A stretch of DNA of 63,806 nt, filler included, from Rhabdomonas costata (GCA_019059605.1; 54 parts of 54 records of this genome joined end to end with filler, not necessarily neighbours in it); one strand, 5' to 3'. Counted from the first letter of the whole stretch, positions 23,407-36,596 are shown. Notes: generated by a model not told the origin, from the sequence alone. Numbers and translations are program-made.

Positions 23407-26400
23407 TTTATTATACTCTTGGAAGAGAAAATAAAATTTTGATATTATCAATAAGAATCTACCAGCAGATGGGAAATGTATGAATATCATTCAAGAATTT
23501 GTATCTCATATTCCGACACCAAAACCGAAACGAGAACCCAAAAAGAAGGCTGAGCCAAAAGAGAAAACCCAACNNNNNNNNNNNNNNNNNNNNNNNNNNN
23601 NNNNNNNNNNNNNNNNNTTAATTAATTAANNNNNNNNNNNNNNNNNNNNNNNNNNNNNNNNNNNNNNNNNNNNTTTTGTTTGTTTGCTGCCTTGCTCTAC
23701 TGTTTGTTTGTTTGGTTGGTTTGGTTTGGAACTGAGGGTGAGCCTTGCAACGCAAGGTCGGGGAGGGGGGCCGGGAACGGTAAAAGTCGGTGTTTCCAGC
23801 CTGGTTAGGCCAGTGCGGGTCCGCAAGGCCCGACAGGGTGACAGGGTGCCCATCTTTCCACCACTTGATCTTTATTGCCATTGCTCCTGCTTCCGCAATT
23901 GTGCCGGAAGGGTAAAGCCGCTTTCCTCCCTGTGTTAATCACTGTGGCGCCGGAGGTATGGCGAGACTGGCGCGCACGGGAAACAACAGGAAACAGTTCA
24001 ATAGAAGTCGCTGATGGGTTTCTTGGAGTCCGGTGCGGCAAGAGATTCGAGCCTCTTCGGTGACTTTGCGGTGCCGCTCGCTGCATTCCGCATTTCGTTG
24101 GTAGGTGCAGTCGAGAGTCGCAGTCTTGGCTTCCAAAGGCCCGTCATTGATGCTCTGTGTCCGCTGAGTGTGCCACGGCTGAACCGGATAGTCTGCGGGG
24201 TGGAGCCGGCACCGTGGATTTTGGCCTTATTGGCGCTGAGCGCCAGGAATGATCCATTGGAGGAAGATTGCAGCGCACCAAACGTTTTGACCCCAAAATG
24301 AAATCAAATTTGCGGTGCAAAGCTCCTGGTTCTCACTCATTTTAATTGATTCCATAGTGTCCATCCCATTTAATTGTGTGTTGCGCGGGCGGTGGTCACA
24401 AATGCACGTTGCTTATCCAGTCACCGAAAATCAGATGGGACTCAGCCCTCAGACAATGTTTTAACCAAGTGACCGGTAACCGGATTGCTAGAGCATGTCG
24501 CCAAAGGTGTCCAGGAGTAGGGCGTGGCCCCATAACGGAGGCACATGACTGCGTACAGCTTGTCCTTGTCCGCCTTTTTGCCACAGTCAGTGTAGCAATT
24601 GCAGGTGTCACAAACCGGCAGCCACATGATCCACTTTTAACAGCAGCGAAATTAATCTGCACATAGTGGGCTGCGGAGCGCACACGCTGCTGTACAGGAA
24701 GTTGAATGTGTTGTGGACAGAGCGTTGTGGCGTTCGTGTTGTGCAGTTCAAAAAACANNNNNNNNNNNNNNNNNNNNNNNNNNNNNNNNNNNNNNNNNNN
24801 NTTAATTAATTAANNNNNNNNNNNNNNNNNNNNNNNNNNNNNNNNNNNNNNNNNNNNGTGTGGTGGTGTTAATTCTCTGCCTTCTGTTCTTCCGCAGTGC
24901 TGGAGGTCAGATGCGGATGTCGAACAGCTACAGAGACGTGGTCTGCCCATACATGTGTTGGGGGCACAGGCACGCATGAATGCTACGAAAAATGCGAGGG
25001 TCATGTGGATCTATAGATCTCCCGTCCACCCCGAAGACATCGGAGACAAAGAGCCGTAATCGTTTTCTCCTGGCTTGTGTGTGACCCTGCGGGTGCAAGA
25101 CTTGCCTTTTTATTGGGGTTTTTAACGCCACTGGAAAATAGGGCAACCACTAGAGGCCGCAACTTTCGAAACGCACGTGATTCGTAAAGAAGTAAAAAGT
25201 TGCATACTACATGCAAAAGGATGCATACTCAATAAGATTAGATTCCCACTCGTGTACACCAAGATGGGCGGGTCCTGGGCCTCACCCTTCCTCTCAGACT
25301 CCTGAAGGGGCCGCGCCCCTGTCGGAGTATTTATTTGTCCACTTGTATTGTAGAATTGTTCGCAACAAAACTGCCCTTTTGTTTCCCCCCTTTTGGCTGT
25401 TTACTCTCCCATGAAGAGCCGATGGCCTGGCGGAAGTATTGCTCACTGCTTTAACCGCGGTGTAGGACTCAGGCAAAAACGAATGTATCTGACATTGTTG
25501 TTGCACTGGTTTTGATCCGCACAATAATCGTTCAACAGACACCCAGTGAAGATTTGCATGCTGAGGAGGAGAAGGGGTGGCGGGTTTCCATCCCTTTGTA
25601 AAACACGCTGGACAACCTCGCCTATGGACATTGTCCTGTTGACTTTTCCGCAGGGCGGAACGAGAAAAAAAAGGAGAAAAGGTAGGGTTCAGGCCTGTGA
25701 ACAAAAAAGAACAAGGGGCGTCGGGGGTTGTCGCGACAGGGTGGTTGGTGTGGTTAGTCCGTTTATTTGGTTTTCTCTGGGACAAAACACGACACACAGG
25801 AAACACAAGCAAACAAAGGACCTCCGCTGGTGCCCGAAGTTCACTGAATGCTCCACGCTTTATTAAACTCTGTGCGACCCCCCAGGATTTCGAAAGGAAA
25901 GGGATTTTTCGTCACAAACCTAATTTGGTCCACCCCCCACCNNNNNNNNNNNNNNNNNNNNNNNNNNNNNNNNNNNNNNNNNNNNTTAATTAATTAANNN
26001 NNNNNNNNNNNNNNNNNNNNNNNNNNNNNNNNNNNNNNNNNGTGTGGGGGGGTTTTTGCGCCAGCACCGCCCGGCACCGCGCGTAGTCCCCCCCTTCGCT
26101 GCCCACGTATACCGCCCGCCGCGGCTGCTCTCGCTCCGCCTGCCGCAAAAACCCTCACACTATCACACTTCCAGGGGTCTGAGAAAGAGGTCGTGCTTGC
26201 AGCGACCGAAGAAAGTTCTGCCCCAGGAACCACCGGAGGGATCCTGATGATCTTGGCCGTCATTGTGTACAGTAATGGAAAGGGATGGTGAGGTGATAGG
26301 AGGGGCTGCTGCAAAGCAGTGCAATGGGGCAAATGGGAGTGACGGTCAGGACGAGGTACCAGCGGTGAACTTGCCTACCAGATATCAACTGGTGAATTTA

Positions 26401-27486
26401 TGCCAGCGTAGCGGCGATAACTGAAACTGAATACTAGGGTGTTCTATGCCAGCCTGGGGATAGCCGAGGTGCACTACATGATTACATTTGCACCGCACTC
26501 GTCCAAAATCCACCTCCGCGTACCTGCACTATGTTCCTTGCTTTCTGCTCCAGGAGAAACTGGGACAATATCTTTTGGGCGATATGGTATGACTGCTGCG
26601 TTGGTGCGGGCGAGGTGAGGGCCGTTGTTCCGACTGTTCGGCGGCTTTGGCACGGAGAAATGGCGGCGTGAATAAGGCTTCGAGCAGTGTTAGGAGGACC
26701 CAACTCCATACTAATAACGCAATAAATGCTGCATATGCTTGGAAGACCCGCACAGAGCGCCCCACGTGCTTTCCTACCCCAGGGTAGAGACAACTCGCAA
26801 GCGTACAAAACCCCCACAAACACCGGTGCCCAAGAGTTTCTGAAAAGAAGAAAGGATGGGCGCGGGTCATTGTGGTCAAGAACAGAACGCTGCGCAGTTC
26901 CCAAAGCGAAACAAATGAAGAAAGGGGTCGGAATTTGAATTAATTCATTCAACCTCAAGGGAGAAGGACGGCGCATGAGAGAAGGAGAATCACCTCTGTC
27001 CTCCTTCCACACCTGGGCCCGCTGCCCAGGAGGAAGCCAGAGTTGGCAGGGCGTCTGTGTGTATCCCAGCCCACAGACACACAGGGAATTAGTCCCAAGC
27101 TGCCGAAAAGGACTTACACACAACCNNNNNNNNNNNNNNNNNNNNNNNNNNNNNNNNNNNNNNNNNNNNTTAATTAATTAANNNNNNNNNNNNNNNNNNN
27201 NNNNNNNNNNNNNNNNNNNNNNNNNTGACTTACCCCCATACTTTCAAAAAAACGTGAGGGTTTCATTCGAACGTTTTACCCCCTGCTGTTGTTTGGCCAC
27301 TTGTATGTGATGAACCCGGAAGGTTTTCTGTGGGGTAACATCAAAACACTGGTATAGGGATTGCTGCTTTGTGAACAGTGGAATTTTTTTTCGGGTTTTG
27401 ATGTTGCTTTTTATGACATTGGCGTGGATATTTTTAGTGGGATTTCACTCGTGCGTTGTGGTGTAGTTCTGAGTTTGTACCTCACA

Positions 27487-27639
27487 CGCACAAACTTTTT
27501 CCGGTCTACAAGCCGGTATGTCAGTATGATTCCGGCTTTGTCGGTGCAAGCTTCTCTCTCAGAGCGTAAGAATCTCAGCTCGTCTCGGCGCAATACCTCA
27601 ACCAACTCTTCCTGTCTGCTGGTCCTTAACTCGCCAACC
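27487..27639 (-). CDS. Hypothetical protein exon
   Basis: TTTCAG|VGELRTSRQEELVEVLRRDELRFLRSE...KKFVR|GTGAG is an open exon with canonical boundaries. Confidence 0.4.
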
Positions 27640-28931
27640 TGAAACTCACCCTATATATGGTGGGTTCGATGTCTCGCATTCCCAGCAGGAAGAATGCCTT
27701 ACACTTTTTTTGCTCGTCGGGATAAAAATATTAGTCTTCGCGAATCCAACCTGACTGAACAGCCATTCAGAAGTGGTGGAATGTCTGGACCCCGTCACGT
27801 TATTTCTGCGATCACAGCGTGATATACCGGCCCCGCTTTGACACGTTTATAGCCTCAAGCGAGCCACGCCCACCGTGCTTTCCGTTTGTTGTGGTCCTCA
27901 GCCAGTTCCGCTTCAGTGGAACAGCCCGAATCCCCAGCAGGCTCGCCCATCATGCGGAAAGTCTGGGATACCTTCATGAGGAGCTCCACTCGCACCAGTC
28001 ATCCCCCAAACCCAGACCTGCGGGTTTCTGTGGTGAGCCTGCGAGTACATGTCGAAGCACTTGTGGAAGACCTTCTGCTTACTGGTGCACGCAAGCCCTG
28101 AAGCCCTCGGTTTAACGTGAGAGCTCCAACTCCAGTGTTGCCCCAACATTGCATTTGATCAGCGCCCGTCTCTGAGCCCCCCTTCCCCCTGAAGATGCTG
28201 TAGACAGAATGGCGAAAGTACTCTAAATGAAGTCTGAAAAAAATGACGGGAAGAGGACCACTAGGATAGCAGGGGTGTACGGAGAAAAGGAAGAAGAACA
28301 ACACCAACANNNNNNNNNNNNNNNNNNNNNNNNNNNNNNNNNNNNNNNNNNNNTTAATTAATTAANNNNNNNNNNNNNNNNNNNNNNNNNNNNNNNNNNN
28401 NNNNNNNNNGGGTGTTGTGAGCTAGGTTTTCCGAGTTTTCCAGATTGCAGATAATCTTGAGTGTGTTAGCGCTGAAATATGTGGACCTCATCAGTGAAGA
28501 ATAAGCAGCTTTCGGTCACCGTTGCAGTTCTGCACGATGAGAAAATGACCTAATCAGATGTGGACCTGGACTCTGGAAGTGCATCAAGGACCCCGCTTCA
28601 TTTAGGATTCTTCTCACTGATATGCAACGCAAAGGAAAAAATTCCCTACGAGTCCATTTGGACTCGTTTTCTCCAGCACGACGAGGAACTTGCTGCCGCA
28701 CCTGTGCGCAGGATATGTCTGCTCCCGGCCTTCCGACCGCAGAAACGCCGCAGCTTCAATGGAGCACTGCTCTGCCGAGGCTTATCAGAAGACCGTCAAT
28801 CTTCTTAATGAATCTCCAAATTCCCTGTGCCGTCTGCTTCTGTACTGCCCAACGTTTGTGCAAATTTGCGCGAGACGGTGGTTTTCGTTATTGCTATTGG
28901 TTGTTGTTTCTATTCTTTATGTGTTTCTCAG

Positions 28932-29167
28932 GAGTGCCCTGACGATTGGGTGTCGGTTGGCTCCGTGGAACGGCGGAGCCCTCTATCCCCACCTAGTGCC
29001 CTGAAGAAGAGCCCCCGGCGTTCTAGCGCCGGGAGCGACGGGGAAGCTGCGGGGACTCGGGTCTGCTTTGGGGAGGTCATTGTAATGGAGGCCGCCCCTC
29101 CGGTGGACCAGCCCCTGCCCTCGCCAGACGTCGCATCCCGCTCTGGGATGGACTCCCCCCGAAAGAG
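28932..29167 (+). CDS. Hypothetical Ser/Pro-rich exon
   Basis: TCTCAG|ECPDDWVSVGSVERRSPLSPP...DSPRK|GTTTGG, GC-rich. Confidence 0.4.
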
Positions 29168-29848
29168 GTTTGGAATCCGGACTGAAGGACAGAGTGCATT
29201 TCGTTAGTCTGGGCTGTTTTTTTGAGGGTCCCACTCCTCAATTTCATCTCAGCTTCATGACGGTGGGCATCCTGCTTTGATGTCAAGGTAATACATGGGG
29301 GTGGTGGGGGTGTTTCGGCTTAAAGTGGCATCCGGAGTATGGCTGAAAGAGGGGGGCTTCCCTGATGTCGTTGTGTCTGGCTTTCACCTGGTTTGCGTTG
29401 TCCTTCGACAGTCGAACTGCTTGACACTTGATTCCAGGTTACGAAAGTGTTTATCCCGCCAAAGATCCCCTCCCCCAACTTTTCCTACAAAACNNNNNNN
29501 NNNNNNNNNNNNNNNNNNNNNNNNNNNNNNNNNNNNNTTAATTAATTAANNNNNNNNNNNNNNNNNNNNNNNNNNNNNNNNNNNNNNNNNNNNGGGGGTT
29601 GGTGTTTGTTGTCACAACACAAACCCAAGCTAAACCCCAACCACCAAAATTGTCTTAAAGGTATTCAAAAAGAAGATCGATACATTTCCACTGAGACCCC
29701 TGGTAGATGTCACAGTAGCAGCCTAGTAATCACGATCAGGCTGCGCGCGACGGGTGGTGGGGCTGCGAGGGGCGAGCCGTCCTTCGTTTCCTCAGATGCG
29801 CAAACCACTGAAGAAGCTGCACATGGCGATGCGGTGTGGTGCACAGAC

Positions 29849-30037
29849 CTGGGGCATGCCCTCCTCGTTGGGGGCGGGGGCGATCAGGGTGTAGGGGTCC
29901 ACCAGCACTCCCTGGTAGTGGTAGGACCCACCGACCCCCACCACCAGTCCCCCAATCATCGCCACTCCGATCTCCAGCGCGACCGAGGGAAACGATGCAT
30001 ATTGCTTGGCAACGCTGCGGCAGTGGCAGAGCCAGAC
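29849..30037 (-). CDS. ABCG transporter transmembrane-domain exon
   Basis: VWLCHCRSVAKQYASFPSVALEIGVAMIGGLVVG...YQGVLVDPYTLIAPAPNEEGMPQ resembles the start of the membrane domain of ABCG24/28-like proteins. 189-nt phase-0 AG/GT exon. Confidence 0.7.
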
Positions 30038-32243
30038 CTATGACAGAACATTGGACGCATGTCAGATGGGCGCTAGCAAAAAATACACAAAGCAAGAAAC
30101 TGCGGAGAATCCGCAAGAAGGGGAAGCGTGTTCGCATCAAATGGACTGAAATAAACTGATGGACTGAAGCCTGAGGTGCCTGAGGTACTCATGGACGGTT
30201 TCGAAAAATAAGCGTACGAATTAAACATTAAAAAAATATTGTAATATAATTAAAACACACCTTCACTTAACGGGCCCGAGGGACGAAGGAGGACACAATC
30301 TTGTCGCAGGGGGTTAGGACGACTTGCACGTGCTGGGGCGGAGTCCCCCTCCCCCCAGCAACGTTCCTGGAGTTAGGGAGTGATGCTGATCCGTTGGACG
30401 CGATCCGTCATTTTGTTGCTAATCTCCATCCGAGACGGTCACCTCTTGTGATGATTGGTGTGTACCTCCTTTTCGGGCCCGCTAAGTGAACCTATGCCAT
30501 ATAAGTAATATTATAATTTAATATTGTAGCGTCATCAGTCGACCGAGCGCAGTCAGGTACGTGAGAAAGTTTGTGTGTGGGCGCTACAATGTACTGCTGC
30601 AGCCGGCAGCCAACCTGCAGAATTAAGGATTATCCAAAGCCGCGCATCGACCACCAAACCCACACACACCCAACACNNNNNNNNNNNNNNNNNNNNNNNN
30701 NNNNNNNNNNNNNNNNNNNNTTAATTAATTAANNNNNNNNNNNNNNNNNNNNNNNNNNNNNNNNNNNNNNNNNNNNGGTTGGTGGGGGGTGACTTGGGAC
30801 GCATCTCTGCTACGCCGCCCAAGATCCTAGGTGCCTTCGTTTCCTGGAGATGCACGTGCGGGTTAGAGCAAGTTGAGGGATGGGGGGGGGCATAAATGAA
30901 CTCATGCCACAGGTACCTGCCACAACTGGTGTGGGTTGAGGTCTTTTTGGGAGAAAAAGCAATTCAGAAATAGTTAAGAGTGTAAAGAGACAGAGTGCAG
31001 ACAGAGTATTTGGAGACAACAGCACAGAAAAAACAACAACGGTAAAGAGTGTAAAGAAACGTCTGGTGCGGCTTTTCGCACCTCGGTTCCGAAACCACAT
31101 TTCAGGTGACTATCGGGGTAAATGCGCCAAGTCTCGGCGGTTCTTCAGAATTATTCAAACGGATGCATTCCTGAGAGCTGAGCGAGGGCAAAAAGTTCCC
31201 CACTTAACTCTCATTTCGGTCCACGCGAGCGCACTCCATGCACCACACACCACGCACTCCGCACTGTGGGGGAGGTAGTCCGCGGGGCTGGCAGGCACTG
31301 CGGGCAGGGAGGCCGGCAGGGCGTCGTAGATCAATGGTGACAGTAGCGCGGTGCTCAGCCGCGCCAGCAATGAGCTGACGACAGCAGACCGCTGCGAGAC
31401 GCCCAAATTGTCAGTCATAAATCAAAAACTTGTACAAACACAATTTCTGCCCAGTTTTCCACTCTAACAGAGGCCGTTGCTTCCTGGCCCAGCCCACACG
31501 CTCCGCCCAATGCAACTCAACACCAAAAAAGGTTCGGGATGACTTGTCAAGGTGTTAGCAAAAGCGGGTTGGCACGCAAAGTGGCAAACACAATCACTTT
31601 CTGGAGAAGATTTTGGCAGATCGCCTGGCCGAACTCCAGTGCAACGGCATTTTCTTTCCGGTCGATGGCCAGCTGGAGGCAGCGCAGCAGCAGACTGGCC
31701 TGGAAGCAGCAAACCCACCGCAGCCCCCATGCACAAAAACAGTCGCACAAAACCATAAATTCCGCGCAAAAGGCCTCCGGAGCAATTGGACACCTTGTGC
31801 AAAATTTCTCGAAGGAAGGGCTAACCAGCAATTGACCAACAAACCAAACACACCCCAACANNNNNNNNNNNNNNNNNNNNNNNNNNNNNNNNNNNNNNNN
31901 NNNNTTAATTAATTAANNNNNNNNNNNNNNNNNNNNNNNNNNNNNNNNNNNNNNNNNNNNTTCTCGCAAAGGCATTTGGAGAGGAATGCTAAGGGCCAAG
32001 CAATCCTAAGGGCCATGTTTCCGCGTTTCAAATCGAGCTTTTGCTCTGGTCCCTTTGTGACTTTTCGGTGGAAAGGCAATTTTGGGCCGGCGTGCTTTGC
32101 ACTGGAAAGTGGAAAGCACATTGCTTCAATGTGCTTTTCACTCTGTTGCCTCACAAAAAGGTTCGAAACCCATCCCATGATTGCACCCATCGCACACAAA
32201 CACAAAAAAAAACAAGCAGACACAGAGGCAGGCAAACGGGAAC

Positions 32244-32342
32244 CTGGAGGTCCAGCTTGGCCCTGGCGGAGAGAAGGGCCTTCCAGGCAGCCTCGTCTCC
32301 CTTCTCCACGGCAAGGTGGAGCGGAGTTTTGCCCAAGGAATT
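32244..32342 (-). CDS. Ankyrin-repeat exon (exactly one 33-aa repeat)
   Basis: TAG|NSLGKTPLHLAVEKGDEAAWKALLSARAKLDLQ|GT; 99 nt, phase 0-0. Confidence 0.9.
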
Positions 32343-33144
32343 CTAGGCACACACAGATATGTGGAAGAAGACAGGCGAACGTAAACCAGAGCGCAGCCTT
32401 GACTGTGCTGCAGTGGTTAGGTGCTGCATGTGCCCTGACTGATAACTCAGCGTCCAAAAGGCATTGTAACTGGATGGCAGTCAAACAACTTCAAGATCAA
32501 AAACACAAAAGGGTTACGAAAGAGCCGCCAAGGGGCACCGTCACCGGCCGTGGGTGAAAGGTCGGGACTCTCCTGACCCCAAGGACCGGCAACGCAGCGT
32601 TTCGGGAGGCCTGCTGTATATACAAAAGACCCCAGGCCTGCTTCGGCTTAGCCCTCTCGACTCTTGCCTAAACAAGAAACTTCAAGCAACCAGGCCGCGG
32701 TGGTGAAGGGCGGGCAGCTCGCGCGGCACACAGAGCGGTCTCCAAAGTGTGCAATAATCAGGACAAGAGACGTGGGCGGCAGTAGGGAACGGAAAGTAAA
32801 GTTCACACAGTGAGTGAAAAAAGAAAGGAAACGCTGTCAAGGCTGCATGCGCAGATATGGAGCCCGGAGAAAACGAGACGTATTTAAAAAGAGATTCGCT
32901 TGACCTCCTCTCAAGGAAAGAAGACAATATACACAGAGAGAACAAACCGCCGGAGGACTCAAGCAGCAACGGGACAACCCGTCATAGAAGCAGACGGGGA
33001 GAAAATTAAGCAAACGCATTGTTTATATAGTTGACAATTATACANNNNNNNNNNNNNNNNNNNNNNNNNNNNNNNNNNNNNNNNNNNNTTAATTAATTAA
33101 NNNNNNNNNNNNNNNNNNNNNNNNNNNNNNNNNNNNNNNNNNNN

Positions 33145-33468
33145 TTTCGGATGCTTTGCAAACAGAGGCTTACACCGTTGGTGCGCGTGCACATGGATTT
33201 GAATGTGCCCGATTTTCCCTGCACATCATCATCTGCACAAGACAATGCCCCGCGAGAGCAGCTCGATTTCCCGCCGTCGGTGAGGGATAGTAAATGCATG
33301 ATAATATTTAGCCATCACTCTGCACCCCACTCGCATGGATGTTTCGGATGCTTTGCAAACAGAGGCTTACACCGTTGGTGCGCGTGCACATGGATTTGAA
33401 TGTGCCCGATTTTCCCTGCACATCATCATCTGCACAAGACAATGCCCCGCGAGAGCAGCTCGATTTCC
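33145..33468. repeat. 127-bp direct repeat (33145-33271 and 33342-33468)
   Basis: Two identical copies of TTTCGGATGCTTTGC...CTCGATTTCC with a period of 197 bp. Confidence 0.9.
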
Positions 33469-34084
33469 TGCCAAGGAACAATCCATGTGCCGACCGGTGG
33501 GGAGATGTAACTTGCAAAAAGTACGATTTCAGCTAAAAGCCCGACATATCCAGGAAGTTCAGGCAAGATAGGGTATATCCTGGAGGGAAAAACTCCAAAA
33601 CACCCTAAACACCCCAAAATTCATCATGCTCGGTCGCTTGCTTCACCCTTCTCTCACCTTGGTGCACCTACAACCACAGACACACAGAGGCTCTTACAGG
33701 CATCCCGCACAAACGGGGTACCCAACAGTAGCGGCGGCGCAGAGCAGCGGGCTATACTGCCTGTGAAGATGAGGCTGCTTAGCCTTTTTCACGTTACTCC
33801 CGTCTCTCGACTCTTTCTGTTGTTGTTGGTCAATTTTTGTCTGCACTTTGTGTTTTATTTGTGTGCCTTTCACCTTTCACCTCCTTTTTGCTCGCGTTCC
33901 CCCCATGTTTATTAGCAATCCAGCGCTGTGTCATGCAACCATGATCTTTAACTGTAAAAAAAAAAAATCACAAGAATGAAAAGTCACGATAATTACGACA
34001 AAACAATCCTATCATTATTCCGCACAAGCATAGATAGCATTGAGAGTGCATAAAGCACAGGAGCCGCTCCTTCGCAGGCTTCAC

Positions 34085-34228
34085 CAGGACTTTGGGAGGG
34101 CTGCCCTGCCTCTCCTCGGAAGTCACCCGCTTGTCCCGGGCCCCGACGTCGTCCAGGACAATGCAGGCGAAGATCGCGGAATGGTCAGAATAGCACGTCG
34201 AGGTGGTGGGGTCAGTGGCGGTCCAGAT
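34085..34228 (-). CDS. Endonuclease/exonuclease/phosphatase (EEP) family C-terminal fragment
   Basis: ...TCYSDHSAIFACIVL carries the terminal SDHxxV motif of EEP enzymes. Confidence 0.45.
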
Positions 34229-34660
34229 NNNNNNNNNNNNNNNNNNNNNNNNNNNNNNNNNNNNNNNNNNNNTTAATTAATTAANNNNNNNNNNNNNNNN
34301 NNNNNNNNNNNNNNNNNNNNNNNNNNNNGTTGTGGTGTTACTCAACGCCCAGGAAGTTCCACCTTGTCTGTATAATGTTCCTTCGCATGGGTGAGATAAT
34401 GAGTACAACCACCACCAACGGGAGGGGGAGCAGTCGTGTTGGTTGCCTGAGCCGGTACAGAAATGGGTAAGCAGGGAAGGTCTCTTTTACTTTTGCAATG
34501 GAAGCTCCTAAGTTAAGGGTGCTTTTACTGGATATGTTCGCATTGCCTCGTGTTGAAATATGTGACTTGTCAGTGCGGTAAGTTGGTTTCTGACTTTTTG
34601 GATTTTCACAGCTTTTTGAAAGCCAATGTGTTTTAGTAAAGTGGTTTAGCTCGTTGAAAA

Positions 34661-35412
34661 ATGATGAATATTTTTCTGGTGTTCTTTATTGCTCTTATGT
34701 GCTCTTTCGGGATCGGCCCGCTGAGGGTGCGTTCCTCTTCAGAGGAGACGCAGTCTAATGTTTCGCATAGAACAGTGGTGTTGAGTAGCAGCTTCGGATG
34801 TGGACAGGAAGCGCGGTTGCTGCCGATTGCCGCGCTGTCGTGGAGAAGACAGGGCTGGGCTCCTCTAATTTTGACCGTTGGGGAGGAATGGATTGCTTCA
34901 AAGTTGGGGAGGCGGATCTTGGACGAAGTGGCCCGCATCCCTGATTCACTTGTCGTACATCTTGCCAACAAGTCTTCCGCTGCCCTGGCCCTGTATTCTG
35001 CTCTATTTGCTGCTGTTCTCGTCAAGCCTCATCCTGAATCATATTTCCTGGTTGCCGATCCTCGCCTTCTTGTCACGGATGCGGCTTCCGGGATCAAGGA
35101 GCTCAGCAATAGGACGGACCTGCTGGTGAACAAAGTGGGCGCTTTGAGCAATGGCTCTTATCGCCTCGCTTCGTTCCGGGATTCCAGGAATAAGTCTGAT
35201 ACCGAGATGTCTGCCCCTTATCTGTGGCTGGACGTTGCTGAGCAATACTGTGGAGCGCACAAGGTGGGAGCCTCTGTCCATTATTGGACCCATATGGCAG
35301 AATCTTGGCTGGGTACCAGATCCAAAATACCCAGAAATATCCTGATCAAGAAACTTCTATCTTCTGTTGCCGATCACAACAATGATATTCCCAAAGAAAG
35401 TACCCACAACAC
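34661..35412 (+). CDS. Intronless secreted or type II protein, possibly GT-A glycosyltransferase-like
   Basis: About 250 aa open to the contig end, with a hydrophobic N-terminus. LLPIAALSWRRQGWAPLILTVG...ALFAA...YFLVADPRLL resembles uncharacterised GT-like proteins, with a degenerate DxD. Confidence 0.55.
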
Positions 35413-35689
35413 NNNNNNNNNNNNNNNNNNNNNNNNNNNNNNNNNNNNNNNNNNNNTTAATTAATTAANNNNNNNNNNNNNNNNNNNNNNNNNNNNNNNN
35501 NNNNNNNNNNNNGGGGTGTTGGCGGAAGACCTTTCAGAGGAGATGTCAGAGTGGTGTGCAGAGACAACGGTCAGCAGTATTCGGAGATGGGCATGGAGTA
35601 CCACCGTTCCGTTGTTCGTCTTGCAATTCCAGAGGAACGTAATGGAAGGAATGTGGTTACTTTCTGATCTTCCAGACCCTCCCATCCAT

Positions 35690-36596
35690 CAGCCATTTAT
35701 GTTCCTTCCGTTGTGGATTGGTAATACGCAGGTAAGAGCGCTGTTAAATTACGGAGCTTCAGATTAGTTTATAAGTCAAGAAGTGGTGCATAGATTCCGT
35801 TTGCAGAAGTTCCCGTTGCAGAAAAGCCTCACGGTGAGAGTAGCGAATGGAGAAGGACTCCACGTGACACATTTTGTGCGAATTGTCGGAAAATTAGGTA
35901 CCATGCCGATTAAGTTGTTATTGAGAGTGATTCAGACGACAATTCCAGTGGTACTTGGCTATCCGTTTTTGACGAGGCTACAGCCACAGATTGATTGAAA
36001 GCGTAGGTGTGTCAAGGTTTGGAGAGGCGGAAGGATTTACGACATTCAGGCGCTTCCATCAGTGGATTCTTTCAGAATTACGTGCCCAACCACAGGGATG
36101 ATGGAATCCGAGCCGGAGGAAGTTGTTCCAGAGCTTCCACATATCTATCAAGTACGTAAATGGTCTGTGTTGTGCCCCTCTGGTTCCAGAGTAGCAGTGG
36201 AGGAGTGGAGCGACTCCACAAATGACCCAGGTCAACACGGCTGGATGTCGTTTGATTACAGAAAGAAGCGAGCCCATGGTGGTGACCGTTCCACATGGTG
36301 TGAAGTTTCTTCCAAAGTTGATTCCAGGGGGTGCTATTTCCACAGTGGAGGTGGAAGAGGTCACTCCGAATAAACAGGACCAGCGAGCCATAGCTAGGGC
36401 TCAGGAGCCTAAGTGAAAGGTCAAAATGAAGTTGCGAGATTTGCCCAGGAAGGAAGTAGAGAAGTTAATTAAGGAGGTGGACCACAGCATTTGTGGCCAC
36501 CATTGTGCGGAGTTACCAACACCTCCAGATATCGAAAAGTTAAACCAAGAATTTGCGCACATCTTTCCAGCGTCAGTTCCCGGATGGTTACCCCCT
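35690..36596 (+). mobile_element. Ty3/Gypsy LTR retrotransposon pol fragment (aspartic protease to pre-RT), pseudogenised
   Basis: VRALLNYGASD*FIS (decayed LLDSGA), TVRVANG, VVLGYPFL...PQID* and EFAHIFPASVPGWLPP (EFxDVFPxxLPxLPP). In-frame stops present. Confidence 0.85.

Noticed and set aside
21305-23573. Apparent synteny of the recombinase and capsid-like gene
   Set aside because: They are on separate contigs placed side by side by length sorting, so adjacency is not evidence of linkage.
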